From: an uncultured bacterium
GTDB taxonomy: Bacteria > Zhuqueibacterota > QNDG01 > DTFT01
Assembly (NCBI GenBank): GCA_963736115.1
Contig: CAVTNR010000010.1
Coordinates: forward strand, 96,001-160,000
Direction of reading: 5' to 3'
Length of the DNA stretch: 64,000 bases
Shown here: positions 23,656 to 33,460 of the stretch, piece after piece
Layout of the letters: each line of letters begins with the position of its first letter
How positions within the stretch are numbered: position 1 is the stretch's first letter
The notes under the pieces: model-generated
Database searches by the model: none
Told to the model about the DNA's origin: nothing
What the model saw: the letters and a program-made list of their open reading frames with translations, nothing else
Made by a program: the position numbers and the translations under genes

Positions 23656-26244
23656 TTACAGAATGGTGACCCGGGCCATTTTCAGGTCCTTCGCGTCCGA
23701 GCTGTTGCCGTAAAAGATCTCGTACGGCCCGGGCGTCACGGTCATTTCGCGGCCGGCCCTGTCGTAGAACTCGAACGCGCGGAACGGCAATTCGATGACC
23801 GCCATGCCTTTCTTTCCGGCTTTCACGTCGATGCGCTGGAATCCTCTCAGGGTTTTCAGCGGCCCGTCCGTGTCATTCCCCTTGCGGATGTATACCTGGA
23901 CGATCTCGGTTCCGTCCCGCTTGCCGGTGTTGGTCACGGGAACCGTCAGTTCGACGCTTTCGGCGGTGCGGATTTCGGTTCCGCTGATCCGGGCCTCTCC
24001 GATCGAGAAGGTTGTATAGCTCAGGCCGAACCCGAACGGGAACAGGGCATCGGACATGAACCGGTACGTGCGGCCCTTCATGGAATAATCCTCGAAATCG
24101 GACAATTGCCCGACGTTCTTATAGAAGGTGACCGGCAGTTTGCCCGACGGATTGGTGTCGCCGAACAGCACGTCGGCCACAGCCGTGCCGCCCGATTCGC
24201 CCGGATACCAGGCCTGGAGTATGGCGTCACAGGTCTGCGTTTCCGGAACCAGCCCAATGGCGGACCCCGAGCAGTTCACGAAAACAACTTTCTTGCCCGC
24301 GGCTTTCAGCGCTTTGATGCAGTCCCGCTGAATTTCCGGAAGCTCGATATCCGTGCGGTCCCCGCCCTTGAAACCGGGCAGTTCCACCGGCATCTGCTCC
24401 CCTTCCAGCATGGAGGAAATGCCGCCCGCGAATACGACCACGTCGATTCCCCTGAGTTTCTCGACCAGGCTGTCGAACCGGACCGGCTTTTCAATGCCGA
24501 AATTCAGGGTCAGACTGGCAGGCCAGGTGCGCAATTGCCTGAAATTGGCCTCGATCCGGTACGATTTGCCTTTTTCGACCGCCAGGGCAACCCGGTTGAA
24601 ACGTGATCCCCACCTTCTGTTCTTATAGAGGGTATCCGCGTTGACGAGAATCTCAAGCCCGCCCCGGGCCTCCATCTTGAATACAATCTCCCCGGACTCC
24701 GCGGGCGTGAAAACCGTTTCGTATTTCCCTGTGAATCCCTGCAGATTCACGCCCGGGCTGAATGCATACGCCCCGTCCGTGGTCAGCTGGATGGGATGGT
24801 CGATCCACTCGACCGCCGCGGGGGTGCCGCTGAATTCCCGGTTGTTCCAGTAGGTCGCCCGGATACCGGGCTTTCCATCTATGGCGCATGCGCTGATCAC
24901 GGATTCGACAATCATCTTTTCCGTCAGGTCGCAACCCCGTTCATAGACCACCGTTTCAGCAGGAAGTTTGGCCTTGATGCCTTCCAGAATGGTGACGGTC
25001 CTCACCGGCGTGCCGTTGTAATTGCCCCACAGCATGCGGCCGTTGTCCGCGTTCGGGCCGATCACGGCCAGTTTCCGGACGGATTTTTTCAGCGGGAGGA
25101 TGTTACCCCGGTTCTGCAGAAGGGTCATCGTTTCTCTCGCCATATCCAGGCTGAGTTTCTGATGCGCCTCGCAATTCATGACCGAATACGGAATCTTCGT
25201 CCAGGGCACGAGAGAATCGGCGTCCATCTCCCCCAGTTCGAAGCGTCCGGCCAGAATCCGCTTCAGACTGCGGTCGACGTCCGCTTCGTCGAGTAATTCC
25301 CGCTTCACCGCCTGCGGAATCTGACGGTAGGAGGGGCTGGCGCAGTCGACATCCGTTCCCGCCAGAACGCCTCTGGCTGCCGCGTGCACCGTGTCCGACG
25401 ATGTCTTGTGGCTGGTGTAGAAATCGGATATGGCGCCGCAGTCGGACACCACCAGATACTTGAATCCCCACTCGTCCCGAAGAATCCTCTGGAGAAGCCG
25501 GGTGCTCCCGCAGCAGGGCTCGTCGTCCAGCCGCTGGTAGGCGCACATCACCTCCCGCACGCCCGCATTCTGAACGAGCGCCTGGAACGCAGGCAGGTAG
25601 GTTTCCCTGAGATCCCGCGGATCGACGTTGTTGACGTTGAGCGTGTGTCGGCTCCATTCGGGCCCGGAGTGGACTGCGTAGTGCTTGGCGCAGGCCAGGA
25701 GTTTTCTGTACCTGGAGTCGGACGGCCCCTGAAGGCCCCGGACCACGGAAAGCCCCATCCGGGTCATCAGGTACGGATCTTCTCCGTAGGTTTCCTGGCC
25801 CCGTCCCCATCGCGGATCGCGGAAAATGTTGATATTGGGCGTCCACACGGAGAGTCCCAGGAAACGGCGGTTTTCCTGGCCCCGCCGCTTCATTTCCTGA
25901 TATTTCGCGCGGACCTCGTCCGACACGGCGCTGAAAACCCGAAGAACCAGCGCGTCGTCGAAAGAGGCCGCCATCGCGATGGGCTGGGGGAATACCGTGA
26001 CGCTGTCGTTGTTGGCCAGGCCGTGCAGGGCCTCGCTCCACCAGTGAAACTTCGCGATGCCCAGCCTGGGGACGGCCTCGGACACGTCGCACATCAGAAG
26101 CGCTTTTTCATCGAGCGTCAGACGGCCGGTCAGATCCGCGGCCCTCGCCTCAGGGCTCAGATCCGGATTCTGATAGGGCAGGATCTGCGCTTTGATCTGA
26201 ACCGCCAGAACCAGGCACGCGGCAAACAGAATGGCCTTTTTCAT
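23656..26244 (-). CDS. GH3 beta-xylosidase/glucosidase (Xyl3A-type, PA14 insert, Fn3), copy 2
   Basis: Same motifs as copy 1 (WWSEALHG, KHYAVHSGPE, VSDCGA, LEGEQMP); intact signal peptide ending IKAQ. Confidence 0.92.
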   Translation of the reverse strand: MKKAILFAACLVLAVQIKAQILPYQNPDLSPEARAADLTGRLTLDEKALLMCDVSEAVPRLGIAKFHWWSEALHGLANNDSVTVFPQPIAMAASFDDALVLRVFSAVSDEVRAKYQEMKRRGQENRRFLGLSVWTPNINIFRDPRWGRGQETYGEDPYLMTRMGLSVVRGLQGPSDSRYRKLLACAKHYAVHSGPEWSRHTLNVNNVDPRDLRETYLPAFQALVQNAGVREVMCAYQRLDDEPCCGSTRLLQRILRDEWGFKYLVVSDCGAISDFYTSHKTSSDTVHAAARGVLAGTDVDCASPSYRQIPQAVKRELLDEADVDRSLKRILAGRFELGEMDADSLVPWTKIPYSVMNCEAHQKLSLDMARETMTLLQNRGNILPLKKSVRKLAVIGPNADNGRMLWGNYNGTPVRTVTILEGIKAKLPAETVVYERGCDLTEKMIVESVISACAIDGKPGIRATYWNNREFSGTPAAVEWIDHPIQLTTDGAYAFSPGVNLQGFTGKYETVFTPAESGEIVFKMEARGGLEILVNADTLYKNRRWGSRFNRVALAVEKGKSYRIEANFRQLRTWPASLTLNFGIEKPVRFDSLVEKLRGIDVVVFAGGISSMLEGEQMPVELPGFKGGDRTDIELPEIQRDCIKALKAAGKKVVFVNCSGSAIGLVPETQTCDAILQAWYPGESGGTAVADVLFGDTNPSGKLPVTFYKNVGQLSDFEDYSMKGRTYRFMSDALFPFGFGLSYTTFSIGEARISGTEIRTAESVELTVPVTNTGKRDGTEIVQVYIRKGNDTDGPLKTLRGFQRIDVKAGKKGMAVIELPFRAFEFYDRAGREMTVTPGPYEIFYGNSSDAKDLKMARVTIL

Positions 26245-26283
26245 CTCGGTCTCCTATGCATCATGATCTGATGATCCGGACGG

Positions 26284-28224
26284 TCAGAATGTCCGTATGA
26301 CGAATCCGCCGTGCGGCCGCAGTGTCAGTTCAACCGGCGCCTTCAGGCTGATGGGCTTCTCGATCATTCCGCCCGAATCCGCGGAATCCGTGATCAGCTT
26401 CGCCTTTGGGGAACCGCCCGGCACAGGGAACCGGAAGGATATCGTCCGTTCCTTGTTCTCCCCGTTGATTCCCGCGATGAACCACCGATTTCCCTTTTTT
26501 CTGGCCAGGACGACGTATTCACCCGGAACCCCGTCGATGAATTTCACATCATCCCAGGTTTCCGGAAGGGACCGCATGTATGCGCGGACGAATTCCTTCT
26601 GACCCGCCATGCCTTCCGGCGTCTCGGCGATGTGCTGAATGCCAGAGATGAAGAGCACGGCCGAGGCCGCCTCGAACCCGCCCGTCGTCCTGCGCTTGAT
26701 GTTCGGTATGCCGGAAAAGTTCACGGGCGTGAAGTCCATGGGATCGAACAGGTTCCGGGTGAACGGAAGCATCGTGCAGTGTGAGGGCTGCTGGTCCGCG
26801 AAAAACTGGCCGAAGGTGACGTATTCCTCCCCCTTGATCCCCTCCATGCTGACGAGGTTCGGGTAGGTCCTCACCCATCCCCTGGGATAGGTCGAACCGT
26901 GAAAATTGACCGCAAGGCCGAACGCAGCCGCGTCGATCAGGATGTTCTGATAGTACTTCATCATGGACTGGCCGTCGCCGCCGAAGAAATCGATCTTGAT
27001 TCCGGCGATGCCCATGTCCTTCAGCTTCCCGAACTCGGACCGTCTCGATTCTCTCGTCAGCATCTTGTCGCGCGGCGTGAGCGGCGTCGTGTTCCAGTCT
27101 CCGGCCGAGTTGTACCAGAGCAGAATCTTCACGTTTCGCGTCGCTGCGTAATCCGCCAGTTCCTTCATCTTCTCGTATCCGATTTTCGAATCCCAGAAAG
27201 CGTCGATGAGGCAGTACCGCCATTTCATGTCCGCTGCGAAATCAATGAACCGTTTCTGACAGCCGAAAACCGTGGAGTCGTCCTTCAGGATGACCCAGCT
27301 CCACGAGGCCAGACCGGGCTTCAGCCATGCCGAGACGTCGGTTCGGGCCGGAATCGCGAGGTCCGTTCCCAGTGTGGATTCCACCAGGCCCGCGAGACCC
27401 TCGGAGACCGCGATCACGCGCCAGGGCGTGGACCAGGGCAGGACCGATTGCGGCAAGGCCGGTTCGTTTCCGCGGCATTCCTGCGGCTGGGGAAATTGGA
27501 CGGTGTATTCGCCGTCCGGGGACAGCTGACTCAGCCGCGTTCCGCAGTAATTCGTGTCCACCGCGGTTTCCGTGAGGCTGATCCAGATTTTTCCGGAATG
27601 GAAAAGCGCGGGCATCACCCATCCCGCCTGGTCCGGCGACGCCGTTCCGACCGGGATGTCCCGCTGATAGTATTCCTCGTAGGACGGCTGGGAAAAATTC
27701 CATCCCGTCCTGGCGTCCGGGCAGTGCTGGAGAAAAGCTTTCGCGGAAAGATCGAAATGAAAGGAAGTGGTTTCGCGGAGGATACGGACAGCCGAATCCG
27801 TCTGACCCGGAAAATGGTACCTGAAGGCGACGCCGTCATTCGACACCTGAAAGACGACCTGCATCGGCTTTCCCTGGCCGTTCTTCAGGTGAAAGACGCG
27901 CCGGTTGGCCGCATAGGAGCAGTCGAGCCGCTTGCCGTGCGTCAGCGTATACCGGTCGGACACCGCGGCAGGCGCGGAAACCGAATCAACGGCCAGGCCG
28001 GCAGTAAAATCCCCGTCGAGCCGCAGAACCCCCAGCCGTGACGGTTTCAGAACGACCGATCCCGAATGGGAGACCGTGTAAACCGGGACTCCGCCTTCGG
28101 CAAGGCGGACGTGAACCGCGATTTTTCCGTTCGGGCTGTGGATCGCATCATTCTCCGGCTTGCCGGCTTGCGCCAGGGAAACCTGCAGCAGGAACATGAG
28201 CGCGAGTACGATCATTCTCTTCAT
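26284..28224 (-). CDS. GH97 glycoside hydrolase
   Basis: NDGVAFRY, WSTPWRVI, KPGLASWSW, IDAFWD, GIKIDFF, VNFHGSTYPRGWVRTYPN, PMDFTP; start MKRMIV after GGCGGA. Confidence 0.92.
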   Translation of the reverse strand: MKRMIVLALMFLLQVSLAQAGKPENDAIHSPNGKIAVHVRLAEGGVPVYTVSHSGSVVLKPSRLGVLRLDGDFTAGLAVDSVSAPAAVSDRYTLTHGKRLDCSYAANRRVFHLKNGQGKPMQVVFQVSNDGVAFRYHFPGQTDSAVRILRETTSFHFDLSAKAFLQHCPDARTGWNFSQPSYEEYYQRDIPVGTASPDQAGWVMPALFHSGKIWISLTETAVDTNYCGTRLSQLSPDGEYTVQFPQPQECRGNEPALPQSVLPWSTPWRVIAVSEGLAGLVESTLGTDLAIPARTDVSAWLKPGLASWSWVILKDDSTVFGCQKRFIDFAADMKWRYCLIDAFWDSKIGYEKMKELADYAATRNVKILLWYNSAGDWNTTPLTPRDKMLTRESRRSEFGKLKDMGIAGIKIDFFGGDGQSMMKYYQNILIDAAAFGLAVNFHGSTYPRGWVRTYPNLVSMEGIKGEEYVTFGQFFADQQPSHCTMLPFTRNLFDPMDFTPVNFSGIPNIKRRTTGGFEAASAVLFISGIQHIAETPEGMAGQKEFVRAYMRSLPETWDDVKFIDGVPGEYVVLARKKGNRWFIAGINGENKERTISFRFPVPGGSPKAKLITDSADSGGMIEKPISLKAPVELTLRPHGGFVIRTF

Positions 28225-28262
28225 GATGAGTCCGCCTTTTTGGATTGGTTTTCCGCCTGCCA

Positions 28263-29150
<888 letters not shown>

Positions 29151-29184
29151 TTAATCGCATAAGCCGTTAGGCCGGCCGGAATGC

Positions 29185-29272
29185 AGTATATATATCCTGT
29201 TACAATTCATTCAGCGGTTTCTTGGATTGATTGATAAACGGCTGGTTCACAAGGCGTTACATCTTGTTACAA
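29185..29272 (-). promoter_or_regulatory. Putative promoter and operator region of the CAZyme cluster with three TGTAAC boxes
   Basis: AT-rich; minus-strand TATACT -10-like hexamer at 29185-29190; GTTACA on + strand at 29199, 29256 and 29266. Confidence 0.4.
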
Positions 29273-29563
29273 ATCGGATTCCGACCCGGACAACAGAAGA
29301 TATGATAAACACCCAGAGGATAAAAAAAAAACCAATATTTGCATTTTTTTAACCAAATCACGCAGAGCCTTCGAACCGGGCTGTTCTATTCCGATGCCTC
29401 GGTCCCTTGCCGAATCTGCTCTTTGGGTAAATTAGACATACCGCGGCATGAAATCAAGGGTAATCCAGCCCGGTGCTTTTCTCGGATCCAGCCGCGATCC
29501 GGCTTCACTTCTGTCGCCGGAGCCCTGAGGCGGAGACAGGGTAAGATCGAGCATGAATAGGGC

Positions 29564-29592
29564 TTGCAATCGCTTGAAATTGTTGTTATTTT
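29564..29592 (+). promoter_or_regulatory. Sigma70-type promoter of the porin-potABCD operon
   Basis: TTGCAA (29564-69), 17 nt spacer, TGn extended -10, TATTTT (29587-92). Confidence 0.65.
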
Positions 29593-29600
29593 TCCCCCGG

Positions 29601-29710
29601 ATTGAAGCTCCCCGCGGCTTGTATTGAACCCGAAGGCATACGATGGCCTGATCCCGCTTCGCGGGACGGTTGGGAGCTTCAATAACGGCGCCGATCCTTC
29701 GGCCTTTTCC
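29601..29710 (+). ncRNA. Candidate structured 5' leader RNA or riboswitch (class not recognised)
   Basis: Perfect 12-bp closing helix ATTGAAGCTCCC/GGGAGCTTCAAT enclosing two hairpins; starts at the predicted TSS; followed by hairpin GCCGA-TCCT-TCGGC and CTTTT. Confidence 0.55.
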
Positions 29711-29774
29711 GGCTGAAACCGCTTCCCCTGATGCATTTAAAATAAAACCCCCATTCAAGGAAGGAAAACCTGCG

Positions 29775-30536
29775 ATGAAAAAGACCGCCCTCCTGGTCCT
29801 GCCTTTGGCCCTGATTCTGGCGCTCGACGGTGCGGCCGCGCCGGCACAACCGGATACGGCATCCGCCGAGGAATCGATCTGGAGCGCCGGATGGGAGCTC
29901 AATGCCGGCGACAATTACATCTGGCGCGGCATCCCCTGCTACGAAAACCTGGTCATCCAGCCCGACGTCTGGGTGACGGTCAGGGATTTCACCCTTGAAT
30001 TCTGGAGCACCGTCACAACCTCGGAAAAGGACATCTCGCCCCGCAGGCACGAGATCAACTTCATTCTGACGCACGCGTTCGAGCTGAAAGGCCTGACGAT
30101 CGAGAATGCCTTCGATTACTATCACTATATACATCAGCCGGACGTGCCCGCGACAGGCGAATGGATCGGCACCGTCGGAGTCCCGATCGGCGCCTTCAAG
30201 GTCACCGCGTCAGTGGCGGTGGATGTGATCGAATACGCGGGCGCCGTTCACATGGAACAGGGCGTGTCTTACGAGACGGAAATACAACCGCCGTTCTCCC
30301 TCTCCACCGCGCTGAAACTGGGGACCGGATTCAGTAAATTCAATGAGGCCTATGCGGGTCTCTCCCGTTCCGCGCTCAATTTCGCCTCCTGGGAAGGCCG
30401 CCTGACCTGGTCCCTGGACAACGGGCTCTATTTTCAGCCTTACCTCCTGCTGACCAAGACCCTCGACAACCGCCTGAGGGATGCGTACAACAGCCGCAAC
30501 ACCGGTTTCGGCCTGACAATCGGCATGGAATACTGA
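29775..30536 (+). CDS. Outer-membrane beta-barrel, TorF/Gcw_chp-like putative porin
   Basis: Signal peptide MKKTALLVLPLAL; N-terminal NYIWRG motif (compare TorF DYxFRG); amphipathic beta pattern; C-terminal aromatic residue (GMEY). Confidence 0.6.
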   Translation: MKKTALLVLPLALILALDGAAAPAQPDTASAEESIWSAGWELNAGDNYIWRGIPCYENLVIQPDVWVTVRDFTLEFWSTVTTSEKDISPRRHEINFILTHAFELKGLTIENAFDYYHYIHQPDVPATGEWIGTVGVPIGAFKVTASVAVDVIEYAGAVHMEQGVSYETEIQPPFSLSTALKLGTGFSKFNEAYAGLSRSALNFASWEGRLTWSLDNGLYFQPYLLLTKTLDNRLRDAYNSRNTGFGLTIGMEY

Positions 30537-30645
30537 TGCGGAAGACGGCCGCGACCATGACTATCCGGCTGCGTTCAGCCGATCTTCTGCCGCGCCGCGG
30601 CCCGGTCCTGCTTTTCGGACGGTTCTGCCGGAAAGCCGGCTGACG

Positions 30646-31809
30646 ATGGAATTCGTCGAAATCGAGGACGTTTCCAAGCACTACCGGAACATCCGCGCCG
30701 TGGACCGCGTCACCTTGTCGATCCGCAAGGGCGAATTCTATTCCCTTCTCGGGCCGAGCGGATGCGGCAAAACGACTTTGCTCCGGATGCTGGCCGGATT
30801 CGAGCGGCCCGACCGCGGCCGCATCCGGCTCGACGGCCGGGACATCACGGATCTTCCCCCGCACAAGCGCACCGTCAACACGATCTTCCAGAATTACGCC
30901 CTGTTCCCCCACCTCACCGTGAGGCAGAACATCGCCTTCGGCCTCCAGGTGCAGAAGAAAATGCCCCGGAAACAGATCGACGAAGCCGTCGACCGGATGC
31001 TGGGCCTGGTTCAGCTCGAATCCCAGGCGGACAAGAAACCCGCGCTCCTGAGCGGCGGGCAGAAACAGCGCGTGGCCGTGGGCCGCGCCCTGATCCTGAA
31101 GCCCCAGGTGCTCCTGCTGGACGAGCCGCTGGCGGCATTGGACCTGAAACTCCGCCAGAAAATGCTCATGGAACTGGACCTCATCCACGACCAGGTCGGC
31201 ATCACTTTCATCTACGTGACGCATGACCAGGGCGAGGCCATGAGCCTGAGCGACCGGATCGCGGTGATGAACAACGGACGGATCGAGCAGGTGGGGAAAC
31301 CCGCCGAGATCTACGAGGCGCCCCGGAGCAGTTTCGTCGCCGCCTTCATCGGCGACACCAACTTTTTTGAAGGCCAGGTGCTGGAGCTCGTGGGCGATGA
31401 GTACTCCCGGCTGAACATCGCGGGATTCGCCGACCTGGTGTGTTTCAACGACAAGAAAATTTCCGCGGGCAATCCGGTGTTCCTGAGCATACGGCCCGAA
31501 AAATTCCACATCGGCCGGAACCGGCCGGAGTTGAGCCCCAAGCACAACCTCGTCCGGGGCCGCGTGGAGGACATCATCTATCTCGGCGGGACGACCAAGT
31601 ACTGGGTTCAGGCGGAGGGGCACAAGATTTCCATCACCCGCCAGCACGCACGCTTCTTTCTGGACGAGGAGCCGATCCGCTGGAACGACGACGTCTGGGT
31701 CTGGTGGCACGCGGATGACGGGTTCATGCTGGAACGGTACAGCGAGGCCGACGAGAGCCTGATCAGCCTCTCACCCGAGACGGCGGAGCCGTCACAGGCG
31801 GCGCCTTGA
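30646..31809 (+). CDS. potA: Spermidine/putrescine ABC transporter ATPase
   Basis: GPSGCGKTT, FQNYALFPHL, LSGGQKQRVA, LLLDEPL, YVTHDQ, TOBE tail. Confidence 0.92.
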   Translation: MEFVEIEDVSKHYRNIRAVDRVTLSIRKGEFYSLLGPSGCGKTTLLRMLAGFERPDRGRIRLDGRDITDLPPHKRTVNTIFQNYALFPHLTVRQNIAFGLQVQKKMPRKQIDEAVDRMLGLVQLESQADKKPALLSGGQKQRVAVGRALILKPQVLLLDEPLAALDLKLRQKMLMELDLIHDQVGITFIYVTHDQGEAMSLSDRIAVMNNGRIEQVGKPAEIYEAPRSSFVAAFIGDTNFFEGQVLELVGDEYSRLNIAGFADLVCFNDKKISAGNPVFLSIRPEKFHIGRNRPELSPKHNLVRGRVEDIIYLGGTTKYWVQAEGHKISITRQHARFFLDEEPIRWNDDVWVWWHADDGFMLERYSEADESLISLSPETAEPSQAAP

Positions 31810-32684
31810 CCGGCGGCCGGAAAAGCGGCGAATGGGCGGTCACCGCCCCGACCTTCACGTGGCTGATTCTGCTGTTCGTGATCCCGACCTTCCTGGTCTT
31901 CATGATCATGTTCAAGCCGTCCGATCCGTACGGGGGCATCGGGTCCGGCTGGACCCTCCGGACGCTGTTCAGCCTCGGCAACCCGAATTATCCGGCCATT
32001 CTCTGGCGCACCGCGTGGCTCAGCGGCCTGACCACGGCGCTCTGCCTGGCCCTGGCCGTGCCGACCGGCTACTGCATGGCGCGAGCCGACCGCCGGTTCC
32101 GGAACACGCTGATGCTCCTGGTGATCATTCCGTTCATGACGAGCTTTCTCGTCCGCATCTTCGCCTGGAAGGTGCTCCTGCATCCCGAGGGCCTGATCAA
32201 GCGCGGCCTGGTCCTGCTGGGACTGGCGCAAGCCGACACCTCCCTGCTGTACACACCCGGGGCCGTGCTCCTGGTGATGGTGTACACGTCCCTGCCGTTC
32301 GCCATTCTGCCGGTCTTCGCGGCCGCCGAAAAGTTCGACTTCCACCTGATCGAGGCGGCCCGCGACCTCGGCGCCAGTCCGACCGGGGCCTTCTTCCGCG
32401 TTTTCATTCCGGGCATCAGCCGCGCGCTCTTCACCTCCATCCTGGTCGTCCTGATCCCGTGCCTGGGGTCTTACGTCATCCCGGACGTCGTCGGCGGTCC
32501 CAACAGCGAAATGCTCGGCAATAAAATCGCCCAGCGGACCTTTTCGGACCGGAACCTGCCGCACGCGAGCGGATTGTCGGCGATCCTGACCCTGGCCGTC
32601 CTGATTCCCATGATCTGGGTGGTGATGTCTCAGCGGAAGCGCGAAACGGGCGGCGGCGGATCCATTTTCAAGGACATCGTATGA
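31806..32684 (+). CDS. potB: Polyamine ABC transporter permease
   Basis: Multiple TM helices; LIEAARDLGA EAA loop; overlaps the potA stop. Confidence 0.9.
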   Translation: MTGGRKSGEWAVTAPTFTWLILLFVIPTFLVFMIMFKPSDPYGGIGSGWTLRTLFSLGNPNYPAILWRTAWLSGLTTALCLALAVPTGYCMARADRRFRNTLMLLVIIPFMTSFLVRIFAWKVLLHPEGLIKRGLVLLGLAQADTSLLYTPGAVLLVMVYTSLPFAILPVFAAAEKFDFHLIEAARDLGASPTGAFFRVFIPGISRALFTSILVVLIPCLGSYVIPDVVGGPNSEMLGNKIAQRTFSDRNLPHASGLSAILTLAVLIPMIWVVMSQRKRETGGGGSIFKDIV

Positions 32685-33460
32685 AGCGGAGCCGTTTCCC
32701 CATGGCGGTCACGGCCGCGGTGCTGGTTTTCTTCTACCTGCCGATCGCGGTGCTGGTCGTCAACTCCTTCAACGCCTCCGCGTACGGCGGCCGATGGGAG
32801 GGGTTCTCCCTGCGCTGGTACGCGAAACTGGCCGGCCAGCGCGAGGTCCTCCACGCGCTCGAAAACACCGTCCTCATCGCCTTGTCCGCGACCCTGGTCT
32901 CCTGCGTGCTCGGCACCCTCGCCGCTTTCGCGCTCCACCGGTACCGGTCGGCCCTTCAGCGGTGGCACTTCACGCTGATCTACACGCCCCTGGTCGTCCC
33001 CGAAATCCTGATGGGCATGAGCCTCCTGCTGACCTTCGTGGCCGCCGGGATTCGGCTCGGCCTGTTCACGATTTTTCTGGCGCATGTCACCTTCTGCATC
33101 AGCTATGTCGCCATGGTGGTGCTCGCCCGCCTGCAGGACTTCGACTTCTCGGTCATCGAGGCGGCGCAGGATCTCGGCGCGAACGCGTGGGTGACGGCCC
33201 GCCGCGTCCTCGCGCCCATGCTCGCGCCGGGAATCGCCTCGGGCGCGCTTCTGGCGATGACGCTCTCGTTCGACGATTTCGTCATCTCCTTCTTTGTAGC
33301 GGGCCCGGGATCCACCACGCTCCCGATCCGCATCTACAGCATGATCAAGTTCGGGTCGCCCGCACTGCTCAACGCGCTGTCGACCCTTCTGCTGTCCGTC
33401 ACCTTCCTGCTGGTCTGGGCCAGCCAACATCTCATGACGAAAGAGGAAAAGGCGAAATGA
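32681..33460 (+). CDS. potC: Polyamine ABC transporter permease
   Basis: FFYLPI...SFN, FSLRWY, IEAAQDLGA, SFDDFVISFF, TLPIRIYSM. Confidence 0.92.
   Translation: MKRSRFPMAVTAAVLVFFYLPIAVLVVNSFNASAYGGRWEGFSLRWYAKLAGQREVLHALENTVLIALSATLVSCVLGTLAAFALHRYRSALQRWHFTLIYTPLVVPEILMGMSLLLTFVAAGIRLGLFTIFLAHVTFCISYVAMVVLARLQDFDFSVIEAAQDLGANAWVTARRVLAPMLAPGIASGALLAMTLSFDDFVISFFVAGPGSTTLPIRIYSMIKFGSPALLNALSTLLLSVTFLLVWASQHLMTKEEKAK

Noticed and set aside
29645-29676. TPP riboswitch (CCTGAT-stem-CG..GGGA resemblance)
   Set aside because: No CTGAGA pyrimidine-sensor motif and no thiamine genes downstream; kept only as an unknown structured leader
29601-29683. 6S RNA, tRNA or hammerhead interpretation of the leader
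   Set aside because: Too short for 6S, no T-loop or cloverleaf, no CUGANGA/GAAA core
32794-33456. 563-aa PotD fusion in the ORF track
   Set aside because: The extension is an off-frame read of potC; the lipoprotein start is at 33457
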